NCBI GenBank assembly: GCA_938015445.1 | Contig: CALLPE010000011.1 | Span: 29,438 to 93,437, forward strand | Length of the DNA: 64,000 nucleotides | Direction of reading: 5' to 3' | Origin: an uncultured Pirellulales bacterium | Lineage (GTDB): Bacteria; Planctomycetota; Planctomycetia; Pirellulales; Thermoguttaceae | Part shown: positions 10,027 through 19,329 of the stretch, piece after piece | How positions within the stretch are numbered: the stretch's first letter is position 1 | Layout of the letters: each line of letters opens with the position of its first letter | Notes under the pieces: model-generated | What the model was told of the DNA's origin: nothing | Databases searched by the model: none | The model's input: the letters and a program-made list of their open reading frames with translations, nothing else | Made by a program: the position numbers and the translations under genes

Positions 10027-10689
10027 CTAATCGATCTTGCGGAACTCGGCCCGATAGACCGGCTGGTTTTGCAGTCGCATGCGGCGTTCGAAATGGGTGC
10101 GGTAGTCCATGTCGTGCGTGGCGGGCCGCACAGGCACGTCGAATGGCCCTTGCAGTTCGGTCTCTGCGGCCAGCATTTGCAATGTTTCGCGGAAGTACTC
10201 TTCCACGTCGGTCCAATAGTGGAGCGTGCCGCCGGGGCGCAAAGTGCGCTGGACGTCTCGCAGCAGACTGGGACGGATGACGCGGCGTTTCTTGTGGCGC
10301 TTTTTCCACCAGGGATCGGGGAAGTAGATGTGGACGGCCTGCAAGCTGTTGTCTGGCAGCACTTCGGCGAAGACCCGCAACGCATCGCCCCACACTACTT
10401 TGGCGTTGGGCAAATTGCGTTTGGCCAATTGTGCCGCGCAGAAACGGGCGTATTTGTGCGCGATTTCTATGCCCAAAAAATCGGTCTCTGGTTGCGCTGC
10501 GGCAGCGGTGCGCAGAAACAGCCCTTTGCCAGATCCGATCTCCACTTCCAGCGGCGCGCTGCGCCCGAATAGCGCAACCGCATCCCACGGGCGTGGCACT
10601 TGCTCCAGCTCCAGCAAATGGTGCGACAGGTCTAAATTAGGATCGATTTTGCGCAGGGCACGACGTCCCATAGTCAACCGTCGAAGCAA
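10027..10689 (-). CDS. trmB: tRNA (guanine-N7)-methyltransferase.
   Basis: Diagnostic 'HIYFPDPWWKKRHKKRR' plus the SAM-methyltransferase motif 'VEIGSGKG'. Confidence 0.9.
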   Translation of the reverse strand: MLRRLTMGRRALRKIDPNLDLSHHLLELEQVPRPWDAVALFGRSAPLEVEIGSGKGLFLRTAAAAQPETDFLGIEIAHKYARFCAAQLAKRNLPNAKVVWGDALRVFAEVLPDNSLQAVHIYFPDPWWKKRHKKRRVIRPSLLRDVQRTLRPGGTLHYWTDVEEYFRETLQMLAAETELQGPFDVPVRPATHDMDYRTHFERRMRLQNQPVYRAEFRKID

Positions 10690-10803
10690 TCGGGCGCCGC
10701 CTGTGTTGCAAAGCCGGGCTGGCCGGTTACCTCAACGCTGGCGGAGCTTCCGATAATGGGCACAGATCGCGGTAGGCTGTGCGCCAGGCGGCTAGCGGGT
10801 TGC

Positions 10804-11634
10804 TTACCACAGATCGTCGAGTTGGTCATAGGGTTCTACGTCGGCGAGCCGTGCGCGGACGATCCGCGGCCAGACCAGCAGGCTGCTGAGCAGGGGCATC
10901 AGCACTGCGCCGGCCACGAATCCTCCCACATGGGCCCACCAGGCCACGCCTCCGGCTGCGCCGCGATTGAGTTCCTCGGCGCCGGAAAGCAATTGCCCTA
11001 GAAACCATATTCCCAGAAAAACTACAGCCGGCACGTACAGCGTGGTGACGAAGAATCCCAGTATTACCAGGGTACGCACCCGCGCCCCAGGCCAAGTGAC
11101 GGCGTAAGCACCCAGCACGGTGGAAATCGCCCCGCTGGCGCCAACCATGGGCACTCTGCTGGTAGGATCATACAGCCAGTGACAGGCCGTGGCCAACACG
11201 CCGCCGAGCAAGTACAGCGCCAGGTACGGCAGCGGGCCGAGCCAATCTTCCACGTTGTCGCCGAAGACCCACAGGAACCACATATTGCCAATCAGGTGGA
11301 ACCAACCGCCATGAAGAAACATACAAGTCAGCAGCGAAAGCAGTATTTCATCAATCCGCGGGGCCAGGCGGATACTGTGCTCGATTACCTGCGGACGGAC
11401 GGCGAAAGCATCGCGCCGCAAGAGGACTTGTTGTTTTACGGTCACTTCGATCGGTCGGGGATCGAATATTTGTTTGATTCGCGCCGGTACGAAGCCGCGT
11501 TTGTATTGCACCAGTTGCAGCTCGGTGGGTGGTAGCGTCAACGTCCACAGGAACACCACTACGTTGATGCCGATAAGCAGATAGGTAACCAGCGGGGCGC
11601 GCGCTACGGGATTGTCGTCCTGCAAGGGAATCAT
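10804..11634 (-). CDS. Rhomboid-family intramembrane serine protease (GlpG-like).
   Basis: 'HGGWFHLIGNMWFLWVFG' and the catalytic 'GASGAISTVLGAY'. The ATG at 11634 is preferred over the TTG at 11700 because the latter would overlap the upstream FabZ-like gene. Confidence 0.82.
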   Translation of the reverse strand: MIPLQDDNPVARAPLVTYLLIGINVVVFLWTLTLPPTELQLVQYKRGFVPARIKQIFDPRPIEVTVKQQVLLRRDAFAVRPQVIEHSIRLAPRIDEILLSLLTCMFLHGGWFHLIGNMWFLWVFGDNVEDWLGPLPYLALYLLGGVLATACHWLYDPTSRVPMVGASGAISTVLGAYAVTWPGARVRTLVILGFFVTTLYVPAVVFLGIWFLGQLLSGAEELNRGAAGGVAWWAHVGGFVAGAVLMPLLSSLLVWPRIVRARLADVEPYDQLDDLW

Positions 11635-11671
11635 GGAGCTGTTTCCGCCCGGCTGCGGCTTGTGCGGCCGA

Positions 11672-12187
11672 TCAGCTTCCCGACTGCGCAGGTGGGCCAA
11701 GCTGCTCTACCGGCAACGAGATGCCTTTGAGCACGCCATCGCAGACCAGGTTTTCGTTCACGAAGCATTCGAACTCGCACGTCATAATGGTGCGGCGGAC
11801 CTTCAGCAGCCGGCAGACGATGACGAATCGTTCGCCGGGCCGGACCACGCCGCGGAAACTCACCCGCTCCAACCCCCCGAAACCTATAAGCCCATCCATC
11901 AGCTTGTATTTACGGCTGTAGTAGCTGGCCACCTGGGCGGCGGCTTCGCACATGATCACCCCGGGCATCAGGGGCATACCGGGCATGTGGCCCCTGGCCC
12001 AAAACTCGTCCGGCCCAAGGTCTTTATACCCAACGCAGATGTTGTTCTGGGCGTCTTCGTAGCATATCGCCGTCAGTTGTTCCATCTCGTAGCGTTGCGG
12101 GTTGTAACGGCGAATCTCTTCGATGTCGGCGACAATATTATTGGTGTCGTAAGCTGAGAAATCGAGTATCTTGGGTTTCTTTGCCAC
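11672..12187 (-). CDS. FabZ/FabA-family 3-hydroxyacyl-ACP dehydratase (hot-dog fold).
   Basis: 'ARGHMPGMPLMPGVIMCEAAAQ' corresponds to the FabZ 'GHFPGxPVMPGVLxxEAxAQ' active-site region. Confidence 0.75.
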   Translation of the reverse strand: MAKKPKILDFSAYDTNNIVADIEEIRRYNPQRYEMEQLTAICYEDAQNNICVGYKDLGPDEFWARGHMPGMPLMPGVIMCEAAAQVASYYSRKYKLMDGLIGFGGLERVSFRGVVRPGERFVIVCRLLKVRRTIMTCEFECFVNENLVCDGVLKGISLPVEQLGPPAQSGS

Positions 12188-12256
12188 AAGCGACTCCTTA
12201 CTGAGTTGATTTCGTTATTCCCAGCCTTGCGGGCGGCCGACCGCGCGCCATCAAAC

Positions 12257-12355
12257 TTACGTCTTGACCTTCCAGCGTTTGGCCCGTCGGGCTTTGCTGT
12301 TGGCCGGCCGTTTGCCGTGATTGGCCTTCTTTATCACTCGATGCGGTTTTGCCAT
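12257..12355 (-). CDS. Small, very basic 32-aa protein missed by the ORF track (<60 aa). Possibly a short bL34/bL32-like ribosomal protein.
   Basis: Translation MAKPHRVIKKANHGKRPANSKARRAKRWKVKT. Near-perfect SD 'AAAGGAG' 8 nt upstream of the ATG. 'PxxVIKKxNHGKR ... ARRAKR' loosely resembles the L34 'PSVLKRNRSHGFR ... ARRRAKGRKRL'. Confidence 0.55.
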   Translation of the reverse strand: MAKPHRVIKKANHGKRPANSKARRAKRWKVKT

Positions 12356-12536
12356 GAGCGATTCTCCTTTTGGTATTTCCAGGCGTCTATGAAAACAATG
12401 TACCAACCATGTGCACTGTCGCAAAGGGCAGCTCGGCCGCTACAAAGCTCCCGCCGCCGGTGAATTCAGCATTTAAGTGAATTCAGCATTTACGTACGAG
12501 TCGTTTGACAAATTTAAGTATGAATGATTTGAGCCT

Positions 12537-13754
12537 TTAAGCAGCGGTCAGCGCCACCAATCGTGCGAGCAACCGGCCGGCGGCACCGCTGTCGATCGCC
12601 TCGGCGGCCGCCTGGGCGGCTTCCAAAGGGGACCGCCGCCAGCCAGCCGCGAGCAATCCCGCCGCGGCGTTGGCCACCACAATATTGCGAGCCGGGCCGG
12701 GTCGGCCGGCAAGGATGCAACGGATTACTTCTGCACTTTGCTGCGGGCCTGCCACCAGCAGGTCCTCCCGCCCGCAGCGCGGCAGCCCAAAATCCTCCGG
12801 CGTCCAACTGTAGCTCACTAAGCGGAATCCTGCCCAGCGCAGCCTGCCGGCGTTCTGCGAAGAAACTTCCGACGGGGCGCCTTGCCACTCGGCGCCGGTT
12901 GCGGCGCCGGTTGCCGACTCGACCGGCTGACCATGATTGAAGCCAGAGGCATCGGCCAATCCATCGGCCAATTCGGAACTGCCATCCACGCCTCTTGCCG
13001 CTAGAGTTTCGCTGCCTTGGGAGTGCGGCGTCGACGCTGCCGTTTCCACCACTTTGGTCGGCCCGGCCAGCGTCACCTCGTCTAGTCCATCCGAACCATA
13101 CACCACCAGCGCACGGCGGGTTCCCAATAACCCCAGCGCCTCGGCCATCAACATTTGGAGCTGCGGCCGGCCAACACCCAATAGTTGGAAACAAGCTCCG
13201 GCGGGGTTGACCAGTGGGCCCAAGATGTTGAAGATCGTCGGATGAGGCAATTGCCTGCGGACCTCGGCCACATGACGCATCGAACGATGCACCAGCGGAG
13301 CGAAGCAAAAACATATCCCCAGCTCGTCCAGACACCTCTCCACGCGGCTCAGGTCGGCTTCGATATTGACCCCCAGGGCAGCCAACACGTCGGCCGAGCC
13401 GCTGCGACTGGTCATGGCCCGATTCCCATGTTTGGCCACTGGCACGCCTGCCGCGGCGATGACCAGCGCCGCCGCGGTACTGATATTGAACGTGCCTGAG
13501 CCGTCCCCGCCTGTGCCACACGTGTCCAGTACCCACGGGCGGGTGGTACGGATAGGCGTCATACAAGCGCGCATGGCGGCGGCAGCGCCGGCTACTTCGG
13601 TCACGCTCTCGCCTTTGCGGTGCAGGGCCACGAGCAGCCGGGCGATCTGCTGCTGCGAGCAGCGGCCCGCCATGATATATCCCATCACCTGGGCCATCTG
13701 CTCGGTCGTCAGGTCTTCGCCCGACTCGACCTGTCGTGTTGCTTCATCTATCAC
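12537..13754 (-). CDS. trpD: Anthranilate phosphoribosyltransferase with an approximately 70-aa low-complexity insertion.
   Basis: 'LDTCGTGGDGSGTFNISTAAALVIAAAGVPVAKHGNRA', the canonical TrpD motif. Protein is 405 aa against about 340 typical. Confidence 0.92.
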   Translation of the reverse strand: MIDEATRQVESGEDLTTEQMAQVMGYIMAGRCSQQQIARLLVALHRKGESVTEVAGAAAAMRACMTPIRTTRPWVLDTCGTGGDGSGTFNISTAAALVIAAAGVPVAKHGNRAMTSRSGSADVLAALGVNIEADLSRVERCLDELGICFCFAPLVHRSMRHVAEVRRQLPHPTIFNILGPLVNPAGACFQLLGVGRPQLQMLMAEALGLLGTRRALVVYGSDGLDEVTLAGPTKVVETAASTPHSQGSETLAARGVDGSSELADGLADASGFNHGQPVESATGAATGAEWQGAPSEVSSQNAGRLRWAGFRLVSYSWTPEDFGLPRCGREDLLVAGPQQSAEVIRCILAGRPGPARNIVVANAAAGLLAAGWRRSPLEAAQAAAEAIDSGAAGRLLARLVALTAA

Positions 13755-14455
13755 TGGCCAGAACCTTCAGGTAGCTGCGCGATCCAATTCTACAGCGCTA
13801 AGTAGTGTCGGAAATCAAAGCAGAAAAAATGGGATTGATTAATGGCAAAGCAGAAAACCGATCTTGTTGCCTATTTTACCAACAGCCGCGACCTAACGCT
13901 GTCTTGCTAAATGGCTCCATAACTACAATGGCTCCGTAACTACACGCAAATGGGAAATCGCTCCCACTTGGGTTCGCTGCGCATTCGAGGCAATGGCGTA
14001 CAGTGGGCGCGGTCGCGATTTGCCGGACGTGTTTCCGGCCGATAGGCCCGGCTGCGGCTTTTGAAGAACATCGGCCGTGCTGGCGCCGTTGCGGACCGGT
14101 AGCCGAACTGGCGATACTCCAGCCCGATCCGAGTGCCTCAGTGGCTTGGCGGCCTACCGTAGACACCCTATCGCAAACTGATACAATAAGCTAGTTGGGT
14201 GCTGGCCAGCAAGACGGCGAAGCAATACGGCAAGTAGCGGGCATCGAGCAGAAGCGGCACGCGAGCGTAAGACACACGCCGTAAGAATTCAGAGGCACTG
14301 CTCGCATCTTAGAGCGATATGCCGCTTTAGGCCCAGCGGTTTTGGAGATGGCCGCTTAGAGCTGACCGGCGCTCTGGTCGGCGCGATGTGTGAAGGCGGC
14401 GGGAAGTGGCGTGTGTACTGGCACCATCGCTGCACACAAACTGGGCCGGTAGCAA

Positions 14456-14689
14456 GTGGAGCGTTATATGACTAAGAAGGAACAGGGCATCGAAGTCGAG
14501 GGCAAGGTGGTCGAGGCCCTGGCGAATACGCGATTTCGGGTGCAACTGGACTCCGGCCACATCGTCATGGCCCACGTCGCCGGAAGAATGCGAAAGAACT
14601 TCATCCGCATTGTGCCCGGCGACAGGGTCCGGGTAGAACTGTCGCCTTACGACTTAACCAAAGGCCGCATCACTTATCGGGAGCGGTAA
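14456..14689 (+). CDS. infA: Translation initiation factor IF-1.
   Basis: '[64 protein letters not shown]' is near-identical to the IF-1 consensus. GTG start at 14456, or ATG at 14468. Confidence 0.93.
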   Translation: MERYMTKKEQGIEVEGKVVEALANTRFRVQLDSGHIVMAHVAGRMRKNFIRIVPGDRVRVELSPYDLTKGRITYRER

Positions 14690-14951
14690 CCGTAAGCCAC
14701 GCCAACTACTGTGTTTCTACGCGTGCGTTTCTCCGCGTGCTCTTAAGTCAGTTGTCGGCGTGCTACTTTTTCGCCGAATAGCCAGATTGGCTCGATAGTT
14801 GGTGAGTTGGTGAGCAGCCCTGTGGCCCAACGCCGCAAGCCGTCCCGTAGCCGTGGAGCCTTACGCAAGACACAAGTCACTTGCTGCCAACGTTAGTCGG
14901 CAGCCAGGTTCTTGTCGGGAAGTTCATCACTATCTCTGGTTTTTGGCCCGC

Positions 14952-15014
14952 GGATGGGCCGACCGCAAATGGGGATGGGCCGACCGCAAATGGGGATGGG
15001 TCCACCGCAGATGG
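14952..15014. repeat. 3 x 21-nt tandem repeat GGATGGGCCGACCGCAAATGG (the third copy is degenerate) in the intergenic region downstream of infA.
   Basis: Read directly. Produces the spurious 'GRPQMGM' repeat ORF 14912..15112. Confidence 0.75.
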
Positions 15015-15413
15015 GCGGTGCGGTAACTTTCGACGACCTCCCTGCCGGCGGCAACACGGCACCGCCGAGCGTACCATCACGACACAGGTCTTGGTGGCTG
15101 TCGGCCTATTGATGATAAACCCGGGGCTGACAGCCAAAATCGAACTTCAAACGTTGCGACTAGCCCCGCTATCGGGCCCCCCAGTGCCAGGAAAAGTGGT
15201 TTTGTAAGTGGCTTAAAATCCTTTTTCTTTGTCGCTTGAGCCTCAAGGTTCCGACCCAAGCGACGAATTACTCCTGGAGCGTTGCCTCCCTACGGCGATA
15301 AGTTGCCTAAAACCTGTGCTTACTGCAATTTGCGCAGTACAATTATCAAGTTGGTCGGGTTAGCTGCTCAAGAACACTAGCGTTGCGGCACCCTGGTTGG
15401 CATGTCGGCTAGT

Positions 15414-15480
15414 GCGGGGAGCGATTTTCAGTAAAGTCGTTCAGCTTGTGCGGAGAGCGATTTTCAGAAAGTCGTTCCGG
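15414..15480. repeat. Direct repeat GCGG(G/A)GAGCGATTTTCAG(T)AAAGTCGTTC x2, about 125-190 nt upstream of secreted paralog A.
   Basis: Copies at 15414 and 15450, about 28 of 30 identical. Confidence 0.7.
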
Positions 15481-15604
15481 TAGACCGAAATCGATATTTG
15501 TTTTCTCGGCACCAGACCATCTTGTTGCTTATTCCTGTTACCCGACCGTCGCAGGCCCGGCGGATGGCGGCGATTTAATGCGGTGGATTGATAAGGTGGT
15601 GGAT

Positions 15605-17338
15605 ATGGTCCCAACCAAAGCAAAGCCGCCAAGCACAGCTAAACATTTTGCGCTTATTATCGCTGCACTAATTATTGTTATTCGGACACTGGTGTGCGGC
15701 GGTCCCGCAGGCTGGGCGGCGGAGCGGACGGAGCCGAAACCGCTGGCCGTGCTCAGTTTCGCCGGCATCGGCGAGTTGGAAAGCGACATCGCGTATCTGG
15801 GCAAACTGGCCGGCAATCCCGGCCTGGCGACCGACTTCGATGCGGCGCTGAACCGGGCCACCGGCGGTGCGGGCTTGGCCGGAGTGGACAAATCGCGCCC
15901 CTGGGGCGCCGTGCTTCAAACCGACGACGGCCAGCCGACCATCTGGCTATTCCTGCCCGTTACCAACCCCGAAAAATTCTTGACTGTTTTGGAACCGCAA
16001 CTTGGCAAGCCGCGAAAACTGGCCGACGACCTGTGGGAGTTCTCTTTGGGGCCGGAAGGAACGCCGGTTTTCATGCTCTTTAAAGGAGACTGGGGTTTCG
16101 TCGCCCAGCGGCGCAACGTGTTCGCCGCTGTGCCTGGCAACCCGGCAAGCCTCTTGGGCACGCTGCCCAGGCAATATGATCTGGCCATCCGCCTGATGCC
16201 CGGCAAGTTGTCGGCCGCGCAGCTCAACGGTGTGTTTGAGCAAATTGGGCAATTTTTGGATTCTTTGGTGCAACAACCCAATGGCTCAAGCGACGTGCAA
16301 TCGGCCTTACGCCGCCAGGTGGTTCGCCGGACGACGCAATTGCTCGCTGCGCTTGCGGCCGAGCTAGAGCAGGTTGTGCTGGGCTTTTCGCTCGATCAGG
16401 GGTCTGGGCGAGCACAACTCGACTTGGTCTTTAACGCTAAGCCCGGCAGCCAACTCGCTCGGCAGTTCGCCGAACTTCGCTCTAGCAGGACCAACTTTGC
16501 AGGCTTTGGCAGCAGCGGGGCGGCACTGACAGGAATCTGGGCCGGTAGACTGCCGGAAGCGAAGGCTGCCGCTTTAGAAGCGCTACTGGATGACATGCGG
16601 AGCATAGTACTGCACCAGGTGGCGTTGGCGGATTTTCCGGAGGAAGACCGCAAAACCGCTCGCACGGCGGTCAACCAGTTTTTTGCTGTCTTTCAGCAAA
16701 CAGTACGACAGCGCCAGGTCGATGGCGGGATGATCGGTGTGCTGAACCCCGAGGCGGCGACTCTGGCAGTTGGCCTGGGCCTGTCGGAGACCGAAAAGCT
16801 GGAAGACGTGAGCAAGCTGGCGGCCGATTTGGTGCGCAAGCACCGCCCGGAATACGCCGCCTGGATCAAACTCCAGGCCCAACGGCACCGGGGCGTGAAC
16901 TTTCATACTATCCAAGTGCCGATACCTACCAGCGGCGCCGACAGCCACAAGCTGACGGCGCTATTTGGCGAAAGCATCGAGCTAGCCGTAGGCATAGGTC
17001 GGCAAGCGCTATATTTCGCCGCGGGGCGCGACGCACTGGAGACCCTCAAGCAGGCCATAGACCGATCGGCCGAGAACGAAGGCAAACTTGTGCCGCCGGT
17101 AGAGCTGTCGCTGAGGCTGGGGCCTGTGGCAGAAACGGTGGCTGTACTGGGTCCTGCCGGCCAGCGCGCGCTGGCTGAATTGATAGCCAAGGAACTGAAA
17201 AAGATTTCTGGCGGCGATCAGCTAAACCTGCTGGTTACGCCCACGGCGTTCGGCGTCCGCTACCGACTGGAAGCCGAAGAAGGTCTGTTGCGTCTGCTGG
17301 CTAGAATGACAAATATCAAGGCAGAGGAAATAAAGTAG
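15605..17338 (+). CDS. Secreted hypothetical protein, paralog A of a tandem pair.
   Basis: Strong SD 'AAGGTGGTGG' before the ATG at 15605, signal peptide 'MVPTKAKPPSTAKHFALIIAALIIVI'. Clearly alignable to the downstream gene (for example 'KSRPWGAVLQTDDGQPTIWLFLPVTNPEKFLTVLEPQLG' against 'GSKPWCLVVQTKGEEFPVYLFVPVTDFKKLMEVLPKLG'). Confidence 0.7.
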   Translation: MVPTKAKPPSTAKHFALIIAALIIVIRTLVCGGPAGWAAERTEPKPLAVLSFAGIGELESDIAYLGKLAGNPGLATDFDAALNRATGGAGLAGVDKSRPWGAVLQTDDGQPTIWLFLPVTNPEKFLTVLEPQLGKPRKLADDLWEFSLGPEGTPVFMLFKGDWGFVAQRRNVFAAVPGNPASLLGTLPRQYDLAIRLMPGKLSAAQLNGVFEQIGQFLDSLVQQPNGSSDVQSALRRQVVRRTTQLLAALAAELEQVVLGFSLDQGSGRAQLDLVFNAKPGSQLARQFAELRSSRTNFAGFGSSGAALTGIWAGRLPEAKAAALEALLDDMRSIVLHQVALADFPEEDRKTARTAVNQFFAVFQQTVRQRQVDGGMIGVLNPEAATLAVGLGLSETEKLEDVSKLAADLVRKHRPEYAAWIKLQAQRHRGVNFHTIQVPIPTSGADSHKLTALFGESIELAVGIGRQALYFAAGRDALETLKQAIDRSAENEGKLVPPVELSLRLGPVAETVAVLGPAGQRALAELIAKELKKISGGDQLNLLVTPTAFGVRYRLEAEEGLLRLLARMTNIKAEEIK

Positions 17339-17482
17339 GTTTTCGTACCGACTGTGCTTTCCGACGACTGGTGAAACAGGGCAAACGGGGTTACACTGGT
17401 TGCCGTTGGTGGTTGGTCAGCCGCCCGGTGCTGTCTTGCCGCCGCAGTGGAAACCAGTCACCGCAGTGGAGCAAAAATTGAC

Positions 17483-17510
17483 GCGCGCTGTGCGCTGCGC
17501 AGTGGCGGGT
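17483..17510. repeat. REP-like intergenic element CGCGCTGTGCG(G)CTGCGCAGTGG(G)CG, preceded by two short CGCAGTGG motifs. A second copy lies at 23934..23962.
   Basis: About 24 of 26 identity between 17483-17510 and 23934-23962. Both are intergenic, both are preceded by a duplicated 8-11-mer, and both contain the internal palindrome CTGCGCAG. Confidence 0.6.
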
Positions 17511-17577
17511 CGATAATTCGTTTTGGTTCTATTTTCGGAAGTTCTATTGTGTCAACCATACTGAAGGAGACCGAGTC

Positions 17578-19269
17578 GTGAGAAAGATTGTTGCATCGGC
17601 GTTGATTGTTGGGCTGCTGCTGGGGCTGGCTGCGCCGCTGCCAGCTCAAGAGGCAAAGCCCTTGGTCACGGCCACGTTCGCCGGGTACGACAAGTTGATG
17701 TCTACCGTCCAGTACATCGGCAATCTGGCCAACATTCCGGACCTGGTGAAAGGATTGGAGGAACAAATAAAGAACGCCACCGGAGGCGAAAAAGGCATCC
17801 CAGGATTGGATGGATCCAAACCCTGGTGTCTGGTGGTGCAAACCAAAGGCGAAGAGTTCCCGGTTTACCTCTTCGTGCCGGTGACGGACTTCAAGAAACT
17901 GATGGAGGTGCTGCCCAAACTGGGGTTAGAAGCCAAACAGGATGGCGACGTGTATGAAATCGGAGAGGGCCCGCAACCGATGTTCGCAACCGGCAAGGGC
18001 AATTGGGCGGTGGTGGCGCAAAGCGCCGCGGCGTTGAAAGACGCGCCGGCCGATCCGATGGCCCTGGTCGGCGACATGTACAAGCGCTACGACCTGGCTG
18101 CAAACCTGGCCATGCAGAACATTCCCCAGGAAACTCGCAAGATGATCGTCGACCAGCTTGAGATGGGAATGGCGCTGGGGCTGGAGCGGATGCCGAACGA
18201 GACCGACGAGATGTACGCCCTCCGCTCGAACATGGCCAAGCAATCGCTGAAAGAGATCGCCAGGGGGTTCGAGGAGGTGGAGTCGGTCCAGCTTGGCTTG
18301 GCAGTAGACCAGCAATCCAAGTCGGCATATCTGGACCTGGACGTGAAGGCCGTCCCCGGAACCGAAACAGCTAAACAGGTCGCCAAGATGGCCGAAGCGA
18401 AAACCGATTTTGCCGGTTTTGAGCTGCCGGGCGCGGCTATCACTATGAGTATTTCTAGCTTGCTGTCTGAGCAGGACGCTGCGGAACTGAAGCGAATACT
18501 GGAAGCCGTCCGCGCCCAGACCATGCAGGAACTCGAAAGCCAGGCACTGGGACCAGACGAGCTGGCCCTTGCCAAGAAATTGCTGACGGAAGTTTTCGAC
18601 GTTATAGCAACCAATGTCGACGCCAAGAAAGTAGACGTCGGCATGTCGTTGGTGCTCGAACCGAACGCGATAACGTTGGTTGCCGGCGCGGCGGTAGCCG
18701 ATGCGACCAAGCTTGAAGGCGTGGTCAAAAAACTGGTCGAAATGGCCGGAAAAGACGAACCCGAAGTGGCCAAACACGTCAAGCTGGACGCAGAGACTTA
18801 CAACGGCGTGCGGATGCACACAGCTAGCATCCCCGTGGACGAAGAAGAACCTAAGAAGTTCTTCGGCGACAACGTGGACGTGGTGCTGGGCGTGAGCGAC
18901 AACGCATTGTACCTGGGCTTGGGACGCGACGCCATGGAAATGCTCAAGGCGGCCATCGACCGCTCGAAATCGCAGCGCGCCAAAAAGACCGCGCCGCTAA
19001 AGCTGGCCGTGGCACTGGGCCCGATATTCAAGCTCGCCGCCGAGAGCGCCCAAGATGCAGATAAGCAAGCGGTTATCATGATGGCAATGATGCTCGATCA
19101 AGCGAAGGGCAAAGATCGCATTTCGGTCACCAGCACGGCAATACCGGGCGGCCAAAGAATTCGGATCGAAATGGACGAGGGCGTGCTCAAGGCCATCCCG
19201 ATGCTTATTATGCTCGGCGCCGCCAGACAAGCGCTGCCAATGGGCTTGCCGCCAGAAATGGAAATGTGA
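17578..19269 (+). CDS. Secreted hypothetical protein, paralog B of a tandem pair.
   Basis: GTG start with SD 'GAAGGAGA' 8 nt upstream. Signal peptide 'MRKIVASALIVGLLLGLAAPLPAQ'. Paralogous to 15605..17338. Confidence 0.75.
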   Translation: MRKIVASALIVGLLLGLAAPLPAQEAKPLVTATFAGYDKLMSTVQYIGNLANIPDLVKGLEEQIKNATGGEKGIPGLDGSKPWCLVVQTKGEEFPVYLFVPVTDFKKLMEVLPKLGLEAKQDGDVYEIGEGPQPMFATGKGNWAVVAQSAAALKDAPADPMALVGDMYKRYDLAANLAMQNIPQETRKMIVDQLEMGMALGLERMPNETDEMYALRSNMAKQSLKEIARGFEEVESVQLGLAVDQQSKSAYLDLDVKAVPGTETAKQVAKMAEAKTDFAGFELPGAAITMSISSLLSEQDAAELKRILEAVRAQTMQELESQALGPDELALAKKLLTEVFDVIATNVDAKKVDVGMSLVLEPNAITLVAGAAVADATKLEGVVKKLVEMAGKDEPEVAKHVKLDAETYNGVRMHTASIPVDEEEPKKFFGDNVDVVLGVSDNALYLGLGRDAMEMLKAAIDRSKSQRAKKTAPLKLAVALGPIFKLAAESAQDADKQAVIMMAMMLDQAKGKDRISVTSTAIPGGQRIRIEMDEGVLKAIPMLIMLGAARQALPMGLPPEMEM

Positions 19270-19329
19270 AAGTAACTACAGCTTTTCAAAAAAGCAGTTT
19301 ACTGGGCGGCTGGCTTAGCGGGGTGATTC

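Noticed and set aside
11700-11700. TTG start at 11700 for the rhomboid gene, as the ORF track suggests.
   Set aside because: It would overlap the 5' end of the FabZ-like gene by 29 nt. The in-frame ATG at 11634 gives a normal-length rhomboid, so the downstream start is preferred, though it is not proven.
14912-15112. Small ORF with 'GRPQMGM' repeats.
   Set aside because: It is just the translation of the 3 x 21-nt tandem DNA repeat. It has no RBS and lies inside an otherwise non-coding region.
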